Origin: Candidatus Pacearchaeota archaeon
Lineage (GTDB): Archaea > Nanobdellota > Nanobdellia > Pacearchaeales > GW2011-AR1
Direction of reading: 5' to 3'
Assembly: GCA_041651235.1 (NCBI GenBank)
Contig: JBAZJQ010000001.1
Span: 31,673 to 95,672, forward strand
Length of the DNA stretch: 64,000 bases
Shown: in pieces, positions 1-8,804 of the stretch
How the letters are laid out: each line of letters starts with the position of its first letter
How positions within the stretch are numbered: the stretch's first letter is position 1
Made by a program: the position numbers and the translations under genes
The notes under the pieces: generated by a model
The model's database searches: none
What the model saw: only the letters and a program-made list of their open reading frames with translations
What the model was told of the DNA's origin: nothing

Positions 1-417
1 GCCTTTTTTTGAATTTTTTAATAGCTTTTCATAAGCAGTTCTTAATCCTTTTTTTCCAATAAATATTTCTGCTTCCTGATGGGGTTTTATTTCCTGAAGT
101 TTTTCTAAATCTGGAAGAATTTTATTTAAAGATTGTTTTTGCTCTAATATTTCTGTTTCTTTTTTGTCTAAATAATCAACTAAATTATATGGAGATGATG
201 CTTGAAAATACTTTGTTTTATTTTTTATAATAAAACTTACAACTCCTTTATCTATAAGTCTGTTAAGTATATCATAAACATTAGAATAAGATACTCCTGA
301 CTTTTTTACAATAAATCCTGCTGTTGTGCTTCCTAGCTCACTTAAAGCTAAGTAGACTTTTGCTTCTCCTTCTGTAAGTCCTATTTTTAATAAATTAAAA
401 ATTTCATTATTTATCAT
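1..417 (-). CDS. TrmB-family transcriptional regulator (3' end outside window)
   Basis: Manual translation from ATG at 417: MINNEIFNLLKIGLTEGEAKVYLALSELGSTTAGFIVKKSGVSYSNVYDILNRLIDKGVV, a TrmB N-terminal wHTH pattern; absent from the ORF track because it is truncated. Confidence 0.85.
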   Translation of the reverse strand, partial: MINNEIFNLLKIGLTEGEAKVYLALSELGSTTAGFIVKKSGVSYSNVYDILNRLIDKGVVSFIIKNKTKYFQASSPYNLVDYLDKKETEILEQKQSLNKILPDLEKLQEIKPHQEAEIFIGKKGLRTAYEKLLKNSKKG

Positions 418-528
418 GGTTGTTTTAAGGAATTATAATATAAAAATCTTTTTATTACTCCTACTGTACAGGGGAACTAATTATTATAATTAAACTTTGC
501 TAAATATTATGGAGGGTTAGGAGGAAAC

Positions 529-1014
529 ATGCCCATATGCGGATTTAATCAAAAAATGCTTGAAGGACTAGAAGCATTTAATCTTGGGCTTATAGAAAAA
601 ATGCCATTATGCGGATTTAATAAAAGAATGCTTGAAGGTCTCACAAACTTGAATGAAGGATTAGTGGAACATGGATTATTTTCAAGAGCTGAAAAAAATA
701 ATGAAACTTTAGACCAAGCAATAAAACGAGAGATTTCAGATATGTCCAGATTAATTCTGGAACTTAATAGGATTGATGATACTGCTAAGAGAATTTTAAC
801 AGAAGGCATAGTAAAATATGCTATGGGATTCTATTTAATTATGAGAGCAAATGGAGTAAATAATATTCAAACAAATTATAAAGATATAATTGAGGGACTC
901 AGCAATTATTTTTTTGAAATGGATAAAAAATATTATGGAGAATTAGAAGGCAAGCCAGAAGATATGAAAGAGCTTGCTCAATATCTAAATCAAATGAATT
1001 TACTGGAGAAATAA
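529..1014 (+). CDS. Hypothetical protein with tandem-duplicated N-terminal MPxCGFN motif
   Basis: 161-aa ORF with GGAGG upstream; MPICGFNQKMLEGL / MPLCGFNKRMLEGL repeat. Confidence 0.75.
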   Translation: MPICGFNQKMLEGLEAFNLGLIEKMPLCGFNKRMLEGLTNLNEGLVEHGLFSRAEKNNETLDQAIKREISDMSRLILELNRIDDTAKRILTEGIVKYAMGFYLIMRANGVNNIQTNYKDIIEGLSNYFFEMDKKYYGELEGKPEDMKELAQYLNQMNLLEK

Positions 1015-1016
1015 AA

Positions 1017-1358
1017 ATGCCGCCAAGTGGGTTTAGCCAAGAAGCAATAAATGGATTATTAGACTTTGTTGGGGATATTTATAATAATACATTAACAAAA
1101 TATAAAGGACAAAATCTTTCTGAAGAGAGATTTCTAAATCAAAGTATAGAATATTTAAATAGTATAGTAGAAAAGTCTATCCCTATAGCTTTAGATGGAA
1201 TTGTTTCAGAATTAGGGATAAAGGGTTTACAAGCATTTGTTTCTATAAACTTTAAAGATTTAATTAACGAAATTCATCAGGGCAAAAAATCAGAGGGAGA
1301 AGCTATGCAGACAGAAATAAAGCATATTGATAGTTACTTATCTAAATTCAAAATTTGA
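1017..1358 (+). CDS. Hypothetical protein (starts MPPSGF)
   Basis: 113-aa ORF starting 2 nt after the previous stop. Confidence 0.7.
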   Translation: MPPSGFSQEAINGLLDFVGDIYNNTLTKYKGQNLSEERFLNQSIEYLNSIVEKSIPIALDGIVSELGIKGLQAFVSINFKDLINEIHQGKKSEGEAMQTEIKHIDSYLSKFKI

Positions 1359-1410
1359 TTAGATTATTACAAATAAAAAGCCTTAAAAACATTGAAATTC
1401 TTGTATTTTT

Positions 1411-1665
1411 GTAGACAGGCTGGCGCGTTAGCCCTGCGCCATTTGCAAGTGGGCTTTAGGCAGGCTTAAGGGAGGAAGTGATATGAACTTCAGAGAAACC
1501 TAAATTAGACGTTGAGGTTTTGTCCTTTTTGATCTTGCTGTTGTGAAATGAGTCAGGCCTTGATCGGAGCAGCTCTAATCAGTAGTTAAGATGCTTAGAG
1601 GGTAGCGAAACTGAGAAAGATTTAGATAACTTTTCTAAGGTTTGTTGAGCAACCTCCTGGTCTAC
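1411..1665 (+). ncRNA. ffs: Signal recognition particle (7S) RNA
   Basis: GC-rich intergenic island; ends pair (GTAGACAGG / CCTGGTCTAC); SRP54-binding helix-8 motif GAGTCAGGCC...GGAGCAGCTC at 1550-1575; Alu-like GC-rich 5' part; T-run follows. Confidence 0.85.
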
Positions 1666-1727
1666 TTTTTATTTTAGTATTTTTCATTAAATGTTTCTGT
1701 ATTCTACAACCGAAACATTTAAATAGT

Positions 1728-1749
1728 ATTATGAATATATATTCATAAT
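1728..1749. promoter_or_regulatory. 22-bp perfect palindrome, candidate operator
   Basis: ATTATGAATATATATTCATAAT just downstream of CCGAAA-CA-TTTAAATA (BRE/TATA-like). Confidence 0.6.
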
Positions 1750-1778
1750 TAAATTGTATGAATAGGAGGAAAAATAAA

Positions 1779-2033
1779 ATGCCAAATATGGATGGAACTG
1801 GACCAAATGGAATAGGGCCTATGACTGGAAGAGGATTAGGGCCATGTGGAGCTGGTCTTAGAGGATATGGAAGAGGCTTTGGTAGAGGATATGGAAGAGG
1901 ATTTGCTTTTAGAGCAAGACTTAATCCAGTAAATCTAACAAAAGAAGAAGAAAAGAAAATTCTTGAAGCAGAGCTAAACGAAGTTAGTTTGGAAAAGCAA
2001 GAAATTGAAAAAAGATTAAAAGAAATCAAGTAA
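1779..2033 (+). CDS. DUF5320-like Gly/Arg-rich protein
   Basis: MPNMDGTGPNGIGPMTGRGLGPC signature, GRG repeats, C-terminal coiled coil; GGAGG precedes ATG 1779. Confidence 0.85.
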   Translation: MPNMDGTGPNGIGPMTGRGLGPCGAGLRGYGRGFGRGYGRGFAFRARLNPVNLTKEEEKKILEAELNEVSLEKQEIEKRLKEIK

Positions 2034-2039
2034 TTTAAT

Positions 2040-2333
2040 ATGGTAAGACCAAGATTATGCAGAAGAGTAAGATTTAATCCTAATGTGACTTATTTTAAGC
2101 CAAGAGGGATCCCTTTAAGACAGTTAAATGAAGTTATTTTAACTATTGATGAATTTGAAGCAATTAGATTAAAAGATTTAGAAAGCTTAGAACAAGAAGA
2201 ATGTGCTAAAAAAATGAATATATCTCAGCCAACTTTTCACAGATTAGTTGTAAGTGCAAGAAAGAAAATTTCTGATGCAATAATTAATGGTAAAGCAATA
2301 AAAATTGAAGGTGGAAACTTTTCTTTTAGATAA
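2040..2333 (+). CDS. DUF134 (UPF0251) putative DNA-binding protein
   Basis: MVRPRLCRRV...YFKP...EFEAIRLKD...ISQPTFHR...ARKKISDAI..GKAIKIEGG. Confidence 0.9.
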   Translation: MVRPRLCRRVRFNPNVTYFKPRGIPLRQLNEVILTIDEFEAIRLKDLESLEQEECAKKMNISQPTFHRLVVSARKKISDAIINGKAIKIEGGNFSFR

Positions 2334-2389
2334 TTTTAGTTTCCTTGCATTTCCTAAAAACTTTTAAACCATGGATTTTTTAGGGTTTT

Positions 2390-2512
2390 ATGGAAGAAGA
2401 AACAAATATACAAACAGAGGCTGCTGAAACAACAGAAAGCCCAACAGAAGAAATAACAGAAAGTGCTGAAGAAACAACTTCTACAGAAACTTCTGAAACT
2501 TCTGAAGCATAA
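2390..2512 (+). CDS. Small acidic Glu/Thr-rich protein (40 aa)
   Basis: MEEETNIQTEAAETTESPTEEITESAEETTSTETSETSEA; TATA-like TTTTAAA about 28 nt upstream; T-rich stretch downstream. Confidence 0.55.
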   Translation: MEEETNIQTEAAETTESPTEEITESAEETTSTETSETSEA

Positions 2513-2596
2513 AACTAAACTGATATGTTTTATGTATTTTTAATTTTTTATCAGGGCAGGGGGGTGGGATTTTTGTTTTAGAAAAAATTAATTATA

Positions 2597-2680
2597 TTGA
2601 TAAGGTTAATAACTAATACTCTTGCTGATGAGGGAATTAAAATGTTTATGAGATTTCTTTTTATATTAATTATATTTATA
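2597..2680 (+). repeat. Dispersed intergenic element, copy 1
   Basis: TTGATAAG(2597)...GCTGATGA(2624)-GGGA-ATTAAAATG. Confidence 0.65.
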
Positions 2681-2703
2681 TATACTAATATATTTAATTT
2701 ATT

Positions 2704-3339
2704 ATGAATAAAAAGGAGAAAACTTTCTTAGGAAAGACAAGTTTTATCAAAGAATACCTTTTTCTGAAAAAAGGTAATCCAAAATCAACTTTCTTATTTG
2801 AAAATAAAAAAGGGCAGTTTTATCTGGTTGCAGCAATATTAATTGTTATGATACTTTTTGGTATTTTTAGTGTTAGAAGTTATGCTGTTGTTAATTCAGA
2901 ACCAAGAAAAGTGCAAGATATAAGTAGCGAATTAAAAGAAGAAACAGCAAGAATAGTTGATTATGGTATTTATTCTGCATCAAATATAACTCAGTTATAT
3001 GAAAACTTTACAGATAAGGATTATTCTGAATATTTTTTAAAGAAAACAGAACAAACTAATGTTGTTTTTATTTATGGAAATAAAACAAATCTTTATAGTA
3101 TTCAGTATCTTCCTACAGAAACAGGAACTGTTTCTGCTACTCTTGGGGGAGCCTCAACTGTATGGAATGAAGAAACAACTTATATTAATAAAACAAAAAT
3201 AATTCCTATTGCTGGAAGTACTGTACTTACTGTAAATCTTTTTGATAAAGAATTTAAATTTGATTTAAGAGAAAATCAAATGTTTTACTTTATTGTTGCT
3301 CAACAGCAAGAAGGGGAAATTTATGCTGAAAGAAATTAA
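2704..3339 (+). CDS. Pilin-like protein with class III signal peptide
   Basis: KKG|QFYLVAAILIV followed by a hydrophobic helix; start codon uncertain. Confidence 0.7.
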   Translation: MNKKEKTFLGKTSFIKEYLFLKKGNPKSTFLFENKKGQFYLVAAILIVMILFGIFSVRSYAVVNSEPRKVQDISSELKEETARIVDYGIYSASNITQLYENFTDKDYSEYFLKKTEQTNVVFIYGNKTNLYSIQYLPTETGTVSATLGGASTVWNEETTYINKTKIIPIAGSTVLTVNLFDKEFKFDLRENQMFYFIVAQQQEGEIYAERN

Positions 3340-3378
3340 AAAGAATTAAATAGGAGAAAATACTGATAAGAAAATATA

Positions 3379-3430
3379 TTAATAATCCATTAAGACACAA
3401 GCTAAGCTGAGGATATGATTAAGATATTTA
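3379..3430 (+). repeat. Dispersed intergenic element, copy 2
   Basis: TTAATAATCCATTAAGACA...GCTGAGGA(3406)-TATG-ATTAAGAT. Confidence 0.75.
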
Positions 3431-3449
3431 AAATAAAATAGAAAATAAT

Positions 3450-5126
3450 ATGAAAAAGAGGATGAATAAATTGGGGCTGAGTTTAATTGTTTCATATGTA
3501 CTTTTAGTTTCAATTGCAGTTGCACTTGGTGCAATTTCTTATGTATTTTTAAAAGAATATCCCAGTATAATAAAAGAACCTGTTGATTGCAAAGATGATA
3601 CTTCTATAACATTAGTAGGATACACAAATTCCAGCACAGAATTAAAACTAATAATAAGGAATAATGGTTTGTTTAATGTTAATGGATTTATGATTGCTGT
3701 TGGAAATATAACTGGAAGAGTTCCTATTGAAAAATTATGGAGTGCAGATGGTTCACCTACAAATCTAACTAAAGGAAGTTACAATTTTAAAAATCCTCTA
3801 AGACCTGAAGAATCGATTCAGACTATTTTTGTTAAAGAAGCTGGTTATGATGTAAAGAAGATACAACTGCAACCATTTATTATTGGAGAAAATGGAGACC
3901 AGATATTATGTTCAAAAAAAGTTATAACTCAAAAAGTTGATGCTTCACTAACTCCAATAGAAACCTGCGGGGATAATATTAAAGACCCTGGAGAAGATTG
4001 TGATGGAAGTGATTTTGGTGCGAGTTATGATGGAACTTGTGTGAGTTATAGTTCATCTGTATATTCTTCTGGGGATTTAAAATGCACTTTTGGTTGTTCA
4101 ATTAGCACTGTTAATTGTGTTTTAATTGGAGCTCCAGAAACATGCTCAGATGGAGTTCAAAATCAGGGAGAAATAGGAATAGATTGTGGAGGGCCTTGTA
4201 CTGCTTGCACGACTGCTCCAACATGTTCAGATGGAATTCAAAATCAGGGAGAAACAGGAATAGATTGTGGAGGGCCTTGTACTGCTTGTTCTCCAGCTGG
4301 CGCTTATATAAAATTCAAGACAAGTAATTTAAATTATCCAGATACTTCACAGATATACTATAATAATGGAACTTGTGGAATTAATTTAACAGAATATAGC
4401 CGTACTAATACTTGGTATAATGATGCTGGTGTAAGTTGCGATAATCAACTTGGTGCAGGAAATTTCCTTTTCAGTATACCTGGAATAGATATGTTCACTT
4501 ATTCAGGTAAACCTCTTTGCTCAAATTTAAGATTATATAAAGACGGGGATTTCCTTAATGTTTGTGGGAATAATGGAAACTATATTGGATACAAGAGATT
4601 TACAAAAACAGCGAATAAAATATCTCGTTTTTCAACAGATTCTAGCAAGGAAATAAGTTGCACAGCAACATGCTCAGATGGAATTCAAAATCAGTATGAA
4701 ACAGGTATTGATTGCGGAGGGCCTTGTACTGCTTGTGCTTATGTTAAATTCAGGACAAATGATTTAACTTATGATACTTCAGGATCTGCAATAGCATATA
4801 CTACCTCTACAGAGTGCAATGGTTTAACTAATTTAGAAAAATTTATTGGGGGAGCTAAAATTAATGACGCAGGAACTTGTTCGAGTACTTTTAGTTCTGC
4901 GGAGGGATATGTATTAGTATTTTCAAATATTCCCGGAGATATATCTCCTTATTCTGGGACAACTTATTTATATAAAATAAATAGTCCTTCATATGGGACC
5001 TATGCTTGGGTTTGCACTTATGATGCTTCACTAGGTAGACATATCTATAAAAAATATACTAAAGATGCTGGGACAATCTCCACAGATAGGTTATCAATAG
5101 ACCCAACTAAAGAAGTATCCTGTTAA
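3450..5126 (+). CDS. Pilin-like protein with Cys-rich repeats and a duplicated C-terminal domain
   Basis: KLG|LSLIVSYVLL class III-like signal; three TCSDGxQNQxExGIDCGGPCTAC repeats. Confidence 0.75.
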   Translation: MKKRMNKLGLSLIVSYVLLVSIAVALGAISYVFLKEYPSIIKEPVDCKDDTSITLVGYTNSSTELKLIIRNNGLFNVNGFMIAVGNITGRVPIEKLWSADGSPTNLTKGSYNFKNPLRPEESIQTIFVKEAGYDVKKIQLQPFIIGENGDQILCSKKVITQKVDASLTPIETCGDNIKDPGEDCDGSDFGASYDGTCVSYSSSVYSSGDLKCTFGCSISTVNCVLIGAPETCSDGVQNQGEIGIDCGGPCTACTTAPTCSDGIQNQGETGIDCGGPCTACSPAGAYIKFKTSNLNYPDTSQIYYNNGTCGINLTEYSRTNTWYNDAGVSCDNQLGAGNFLFSIPGIDMFTYSGKPLCSNLRLYKDGDFLNVCGNNGNYIGYKRFTKTANKISRFSTDSSKEISCTATCSDGIQNQYETGIDCGGPCTACAYVKFRTNDLTYDTSGSAIAYTTSTECNGLTNLEKFIGGAKINDAGTCSSTFSSAEGYVLVFSNIPGDISPYSGTTYLYKINSPSYGTYAWVCTYDASLGRHIYKKYTKDAGTISTDRLSIDPTKEVSC

Positions 5127-5219
5127 TCAAAAATCTTTATATAGGGGAGTTGGTTTATTATCTGAAGATAATAAAAGAGCACTAAAATAGTAAAATAATA
5201 TTGAGACAGCAAAAAAGAG

Positions 5220-5684
5220 ATGGAAATGAGAAAGATTAAAACAAAAAGAGCAGTGAGTCCTGTTGTTACAACAGTTCTGTTAATTGCTATGGTGATTATT
5301 ATTGCTATTATAGTTCTCTTGTGGTCAAGGGGTTTTCTTAAAGAAAAAATATTAAAACAAATTGGAGGAGCTAACAAACCAATTGCAAGTGTTTGCAATG
5401 AAGTAAGTTTAAGAACATTTGCAAATGATGATGCAACATTTGGATTTACAAATATAGGAAATGTCCCTATTTACGGCATTCAATTGAAATTAACTGAATC
5501 TGGTTCAGGAAGTACATACACAGAAGGCATGGTTAGAAAAGTAAATCCGGGATTATCAACAACAATTGAAACTTATCCTTACACAGATTATACTAATATT
5601 GAAATAGTTCCTATTTTGCTTGGAAAAACAAAAGGAGGAGTATTAAGAGAATACAATTGTTCTGAAAATGGATTTAGGGTTTAA
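5220..5684 (+). CDS. Archaeal type IV pilin
   Basis: KRA|VSPVVTTVLLI canonical class III signal peptide. Confidence 0.85.
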   Translation: MEMRKIKTKRAVSPVVTTVLLIAMVIIIAIIVLLWSRGFLKEKILKQIGGANKPIASVCNEVSLRTFANDDATFGFTNIGNVPIYGIQLKLTESGSGSTYTEGMVRKVNPGLSTTIETYPYTDYTNIEIVPILLGKTKGGVLREYNCSENGFRV

Positions 5685-6186
5685 AAGAAAAAAGTTTGGT
5701 AAAGGTGCACAGTCAGATGTAATATCAACTGTTTTGTTGATTTTATTGGCAATAGTTGCTATTGGAATTTTATCTGCATTTATTGTTCCTTTTATAAAAG
5801 ACAGACTTTCTTCTGGAAATTGTCTGGATTATGTAGGTAAATTTGAAATTGCAAATAATCCTGCATATACCTGCTATAATCTTTCTGGTTTGAATAATAT
5901 GAGTTTGAAAATAGATGTTGGGGATATTCAGAATTATAAGGGATTTGCAGTTGAATTTGATTTAGGAGCTACATCAGAAACTTTTAAAATATATAATGGA
6001 ACAACAGACCCTGTAAAGATGTATAACGGTTCCAGTTCAATTAAACTCCCTGATAATAATGGAGCTGAAACTTATTTAATTGCAGTAAATCCAAAACCTG
6101 AATCAATTAGTTTGTATATTATCCTTGAAAGCGGGGAAGTATGCGACACTGCAGATTCTTTAGAGTTTATTTCAGATTGTCCATAA
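5668..6186 (+). CDS. Type IV pilin-like protein
   Basis: KGA|QSDVISTVLLI. Confidence 0.8.
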   Translation: MDLGFKRKKFGKGAQSDVISTVLLILLAIVAIGILSAFIVPFIKDRLSSGNCLDYVGKFEIANNPAYTCYNLSGLNNMSLKIDVGDIQNYKGFAVEFDLGATSETFKIYNGTTDPVKMYNGSSSIKLPDNNGAETYLIAVNPKPESISLYIILESGEVCDTADSLEFISDCP

Positions 6187-6188
6187 AC

Positions 6189-6725
6189 ATGAAAAATATT
6201 AAATCACAAATTTGGGTTGAAAATGCAATTTATATCCTTATTGCAGTAATTATAATGGCTGGGCTGTTATCAATAGCTTATCCTCAAATAGATAAATTAA
6301 AAGACAAGAATATTATGAAGCAGACACTTAGTGCCATGAATGTTCTCGATGATAAAATAATAAAACTTCAGCAAGCAGGAGAGGGAAATGTTAGAACAGT
6401 TGATTTCAAAATATCTTCGGGGCAATTAGAGATTGATGCTCCTAATAATACTCTAAGATACATACTAGAAGATACTAGATTGGAATTATCTGAAATTGGT
6501 CAGGAAATAGAATATGAAAATAAGATATTTATTAAAACAGAAAGATTTGGAGATAATTTCAAGATAACTGCAAGAAAAGATTATTCAAATATCCTGAACA
6601 TAACTTACAAGGGACAAGAAGCAGTAAAAACACTTTATGCTGGAACAACTCCTTACTCACTTGTACTTGAAAATAAAGGTTCAGATATGGCTGCTGGAAA
6701 AACAAACATAGATATAAGTGCATAA
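6189..6725 (+). CDS. Type IV pilin-like protein
   Basis: MKNIKS|QIWVENAIYILI; start moved to ATG 6189. Confidence 0.75.
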   Translation: MKNIKSQIWVENAIYILIAVIIMAGLLSIAYPQIDKLKDKNIMKQTLSAMNVLDDKIIKLQQAGEGNVRTVDFKISSGQLEIDAPNNTLRYILEDTRLELSEIGQEIEYENKIFIKTERFGDNFKITARKDYSNILNITYKGQEAVKTLYAGTTPYSLVLENKGSDMAAGKTNIDISA

Positions 6726-6729
6726 AATT

Positions 6730-6751
6730 TGAATAATTTATTAAGGCATAA
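6730..6751 (+). repeat. Dispersed element, left arm only
   Basis: TGAATAATTTATTAAGGCATAA resembles TTTATAATCTATTAAGACATAA. Confidence 0.4.
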
Positions 6752-6806
6752 CAAAGATTTTTTAAACTACAAAACATGTTATATTATACAAACTAAAAGA
6801 GGAAAA

Positions 6807-8405
6807 ATGAGCTTAATAGAAATTAATTTAAATCCCAGTATCCCTGCATTGCCTAAAATAGAGGATAAAACAAAGATAAATATAAGGTATGCTCTTATTC
6901 CTCCTTATGCAAGTGTTCATATTTATTGGGATAAAAAAGAAGGAGAATTAATTTATCATCTTGAGGAGCCTATTTTAAATAGTTATGAAAAACAATTATT
7001 AGAAACCCTTGAAAGAACCTTAGGAGAGATGGTTAATGTTAATGTTTTAATTGAAAAAACAGTTGAGTCTATGATAGCTTATATCGACCAAACTTCAAGA
7101 TTATTAATTGAAGAATTAGCATTAAAAGTAGATACTACATCTTATAAAAAAATATTTTATTATTTGTTTAGGGATTTTGTTGGATTAAATAAAATTGAGC
7201 CTTTAATGAAAGATTATTTTATTGAAGATATAGAATGTAATGGAATTGATACTCCTGTTTACATTGTTCACAGGCTATACAGGAATATGAAGACAAATAT
7301 TGTTTATAATTCACTTGATGATCTTTCTAGTTTTGTTGAAAAAATAGCACAGAGATGCGGGAAATATGTTTCTTATGCAAATCCTTTGCTTGATGGAAGT
7401 TTGCCTGATGGAAGCAGAGTTAATGCAACATATACTAAAGATATTACCAGCAGAGGCCCTACTTTTACTATAAGACGTTTTACTAAAACTCCCTGGACTC
7501 CAATTCAATTATTGAATATGAAAACACTAAGCCCAGAAATGCTTGCTTATTTCTGGATATTATTAGATTATAAATCAAATATTTTAATTACTGGAGGAAC
7601 TGCTTCTGGTAAAACAACTTTGCTTAATGCAATTGCATTTTTTATTCCTCCTGAATCAAGAGTAGTTTCAATTGAAGACACAAGAGAATTAAATCTCCCA
7701 AGAGAAAACTGGCTACCGAGTGTTGCAAGAAGTGCACTTGGAACAGGAAGTGTTGGAGAAGTTGATTTATTCAGTTTATTAAAAAATTCATTTAGACAGA
7801 ATCCAGATTATGTAATTGTTGGAGAAGTTAGAGGAAAGGAAGCTTTTGTATTATTTCAGGGAATGGCCTCTGGACACTCTTCTATCAGCACTATGCACGC
7901 AGATTCAGTTGATACATTAGTTAAAAGGTTAGAGACTCCTCCAATTGAATTATCCCCTACTTTGCTGAATACTTTGGATTGTGTTGCTGTAATGACTCAT
8001 GCAGTTGTTAATAAACAAGAAACAAGAAAATTAAGAGAAGTTATTGAAATTGTTAATGTTGACAATGCAGGAACTGCACTAACAAATACTCCTTTTATAT
8101 GGAATGCAAGAGAAGATGTATTTTATTTTAAAAAAGACAGCAGAGTTTTTCAAAAAATATCCAAAAAATTTGGATTAACATTTGAAGAATTAAACAGAGA
8201 ATTTGACTTAAGAGCGAGATTATTATATGAAATGCAAAAAAGAGGAATTTCTGATTTCAACAAAACTCAGAAAATAATTAATGAATATCATAAAAATCCT
8301 CAGGTAGTTCTTCAGACATTTGGCATAATGGGCAGTCCAGCTGGCAGCCAGCAAACAGAAAATTCTGGTGAGAGTATTCAAGACAGTATGAAGGATTTTA
8401 TGTGA
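6807..8405 (+). CDS. Type IV pilus assembly ATPase (VirB11/ArlI/CpaF family)
   Basis: Walker A GGTASGKT, SIEDTREL, RQNPDYVIVGEVRG, GH..ISTMHA; AGAGG before ATG 6807. Confidence 0.95.
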   Translation: MSLIEINLNPSIPALPKIEDKTKINIRYALIPPYASVHIYWDKKEGELIYHLEEPILNSYEKQLLETLERTLGEMVNVNVLIEKTVESMIAYIDQTSRLLIEELALKVDTTSYKKIFYYLFRDFVGLNKIEPLMKDYFIEDIECNGIDTPVYIVHRLYRNMKTNIVYNSLDDLSSFVEKIAQRCGKYVSYANPLLDGSLPDGSRVNATYTKDITSRGPTFTIRRFTKTPWTPIQLLNMKTLSPEMLAYFWILLDYKSNILITGGTASGKTTLLNAIAFFIPPESRVVSIEDTRELNLPRENWLPSVARSALGTGSVGEVDLFSLLKNSFRQNPDYVIVGEVRGKEAFVLFQGMASGHSSISTMHADSVDTLVKRLETPPIELSPTLLNTLDCVAVMTHAVVNKQETRKLREVIEIVNVDNAGTALTNTPFIWNAREDVFYFKKDSRVFQKISKKFGLTFEELNREFDLRARLLYEMQKRGISDFNKTQKIINEYHKNPQVVLQTFGIMGSPAGSQQTENSGESIQDSMKDFM

Positions 8406-8415
8406 ATCTTTGATG

Positions 8416-8523
8416 TTTATAATCTATTAAGACATAAGATTTGCGGATGAGAAGATTAAAATGGTTATTATTAATTTGATGTTAGTAGATTCTTTGATTG
8501 TTTTATTAAGATATAAACATTTT
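8416..8523 (+). repeat. Dispersed intergenic element, copy 3
   Basis: TTTATAATCTATTAAGACATAAGATTTGCGGATGAGAAGATTAAAATGGTTA...TTTTATTAAGATATAAACATTTT. Confidence 0.85.
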
Positions 8524-8536
8524 AATTTATTATTAA

Positions 8537-8803
8537 TCACAATTCAAATTCTTCGATAAAATTAACTATTGTTTTGTATTTTTCTATGAATTTAAATCCT
8601 TTTTCAGTTAGAGAAACAAATCTCTGGTTTTTTGCTGATATTTCTTTAATAAACCCTCTGCTTAATAAATCTAAATAATATTCTTTAAATCTACTTGAAG
8701 ATAAATTAGATTTTCTTAATAAGGGAGTTGATTTTATATAATTATGATTATCCTGAATTATTTTTAAAATATCCCTCATTATTTCTAGTTTTCCTCTCTT
8801 CAT
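8537..8803 (-). CDS. Winged-helix transcriptional regulator (HTH_45/COG3432-like)
   Basis: MKRGKLEIMRDIL...T.LLRKSNLS...Y...L...GFI...LTEKG. Confidence 0.85.
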   Translation of the reverse strand: MKRGKLEIMRDILKIIQDNHNYIKSTPLLRKSNLSSSRFKEYYLDLLSRGFIKEISAKNQRFVSLTEKGFKFIEKYKTIVNFIEEFEL

Positions 8804-8804
8804 T

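Noticed and set aside
1622..2029. Antisense and nested ORFs in the track (e.g. 549-809, 1622-2029, 12881-13228, 29270-29635, 35446-35808, 58613-58972)
   Set aside because: Shadows of well-supported genes, with no recognisable motifs.
2554..2568. G-run GGGCAGGGGGGTGGG as a G-quadruplex or ORB G-string
   Set aside because: Too short for four looped G3 tracts, and no ORB dyad is adjacent.
2624..2650. Hammerhead ribozyme or C/D-box reading of CTGATGA/CTGAGGA in the element
   Set aside because: Most copies have CAGATGA; there is no stem II + GAAA and no consistent CTGA D box.
8447..8479. Micro-ORFs in the element core (MRRLKWLLLI, MRRLKWL, MRRLKYF, MRELKCL)
   Set aside because: Other copies stop after 2-3 codons or lack the ATG, so coding is not conserved.
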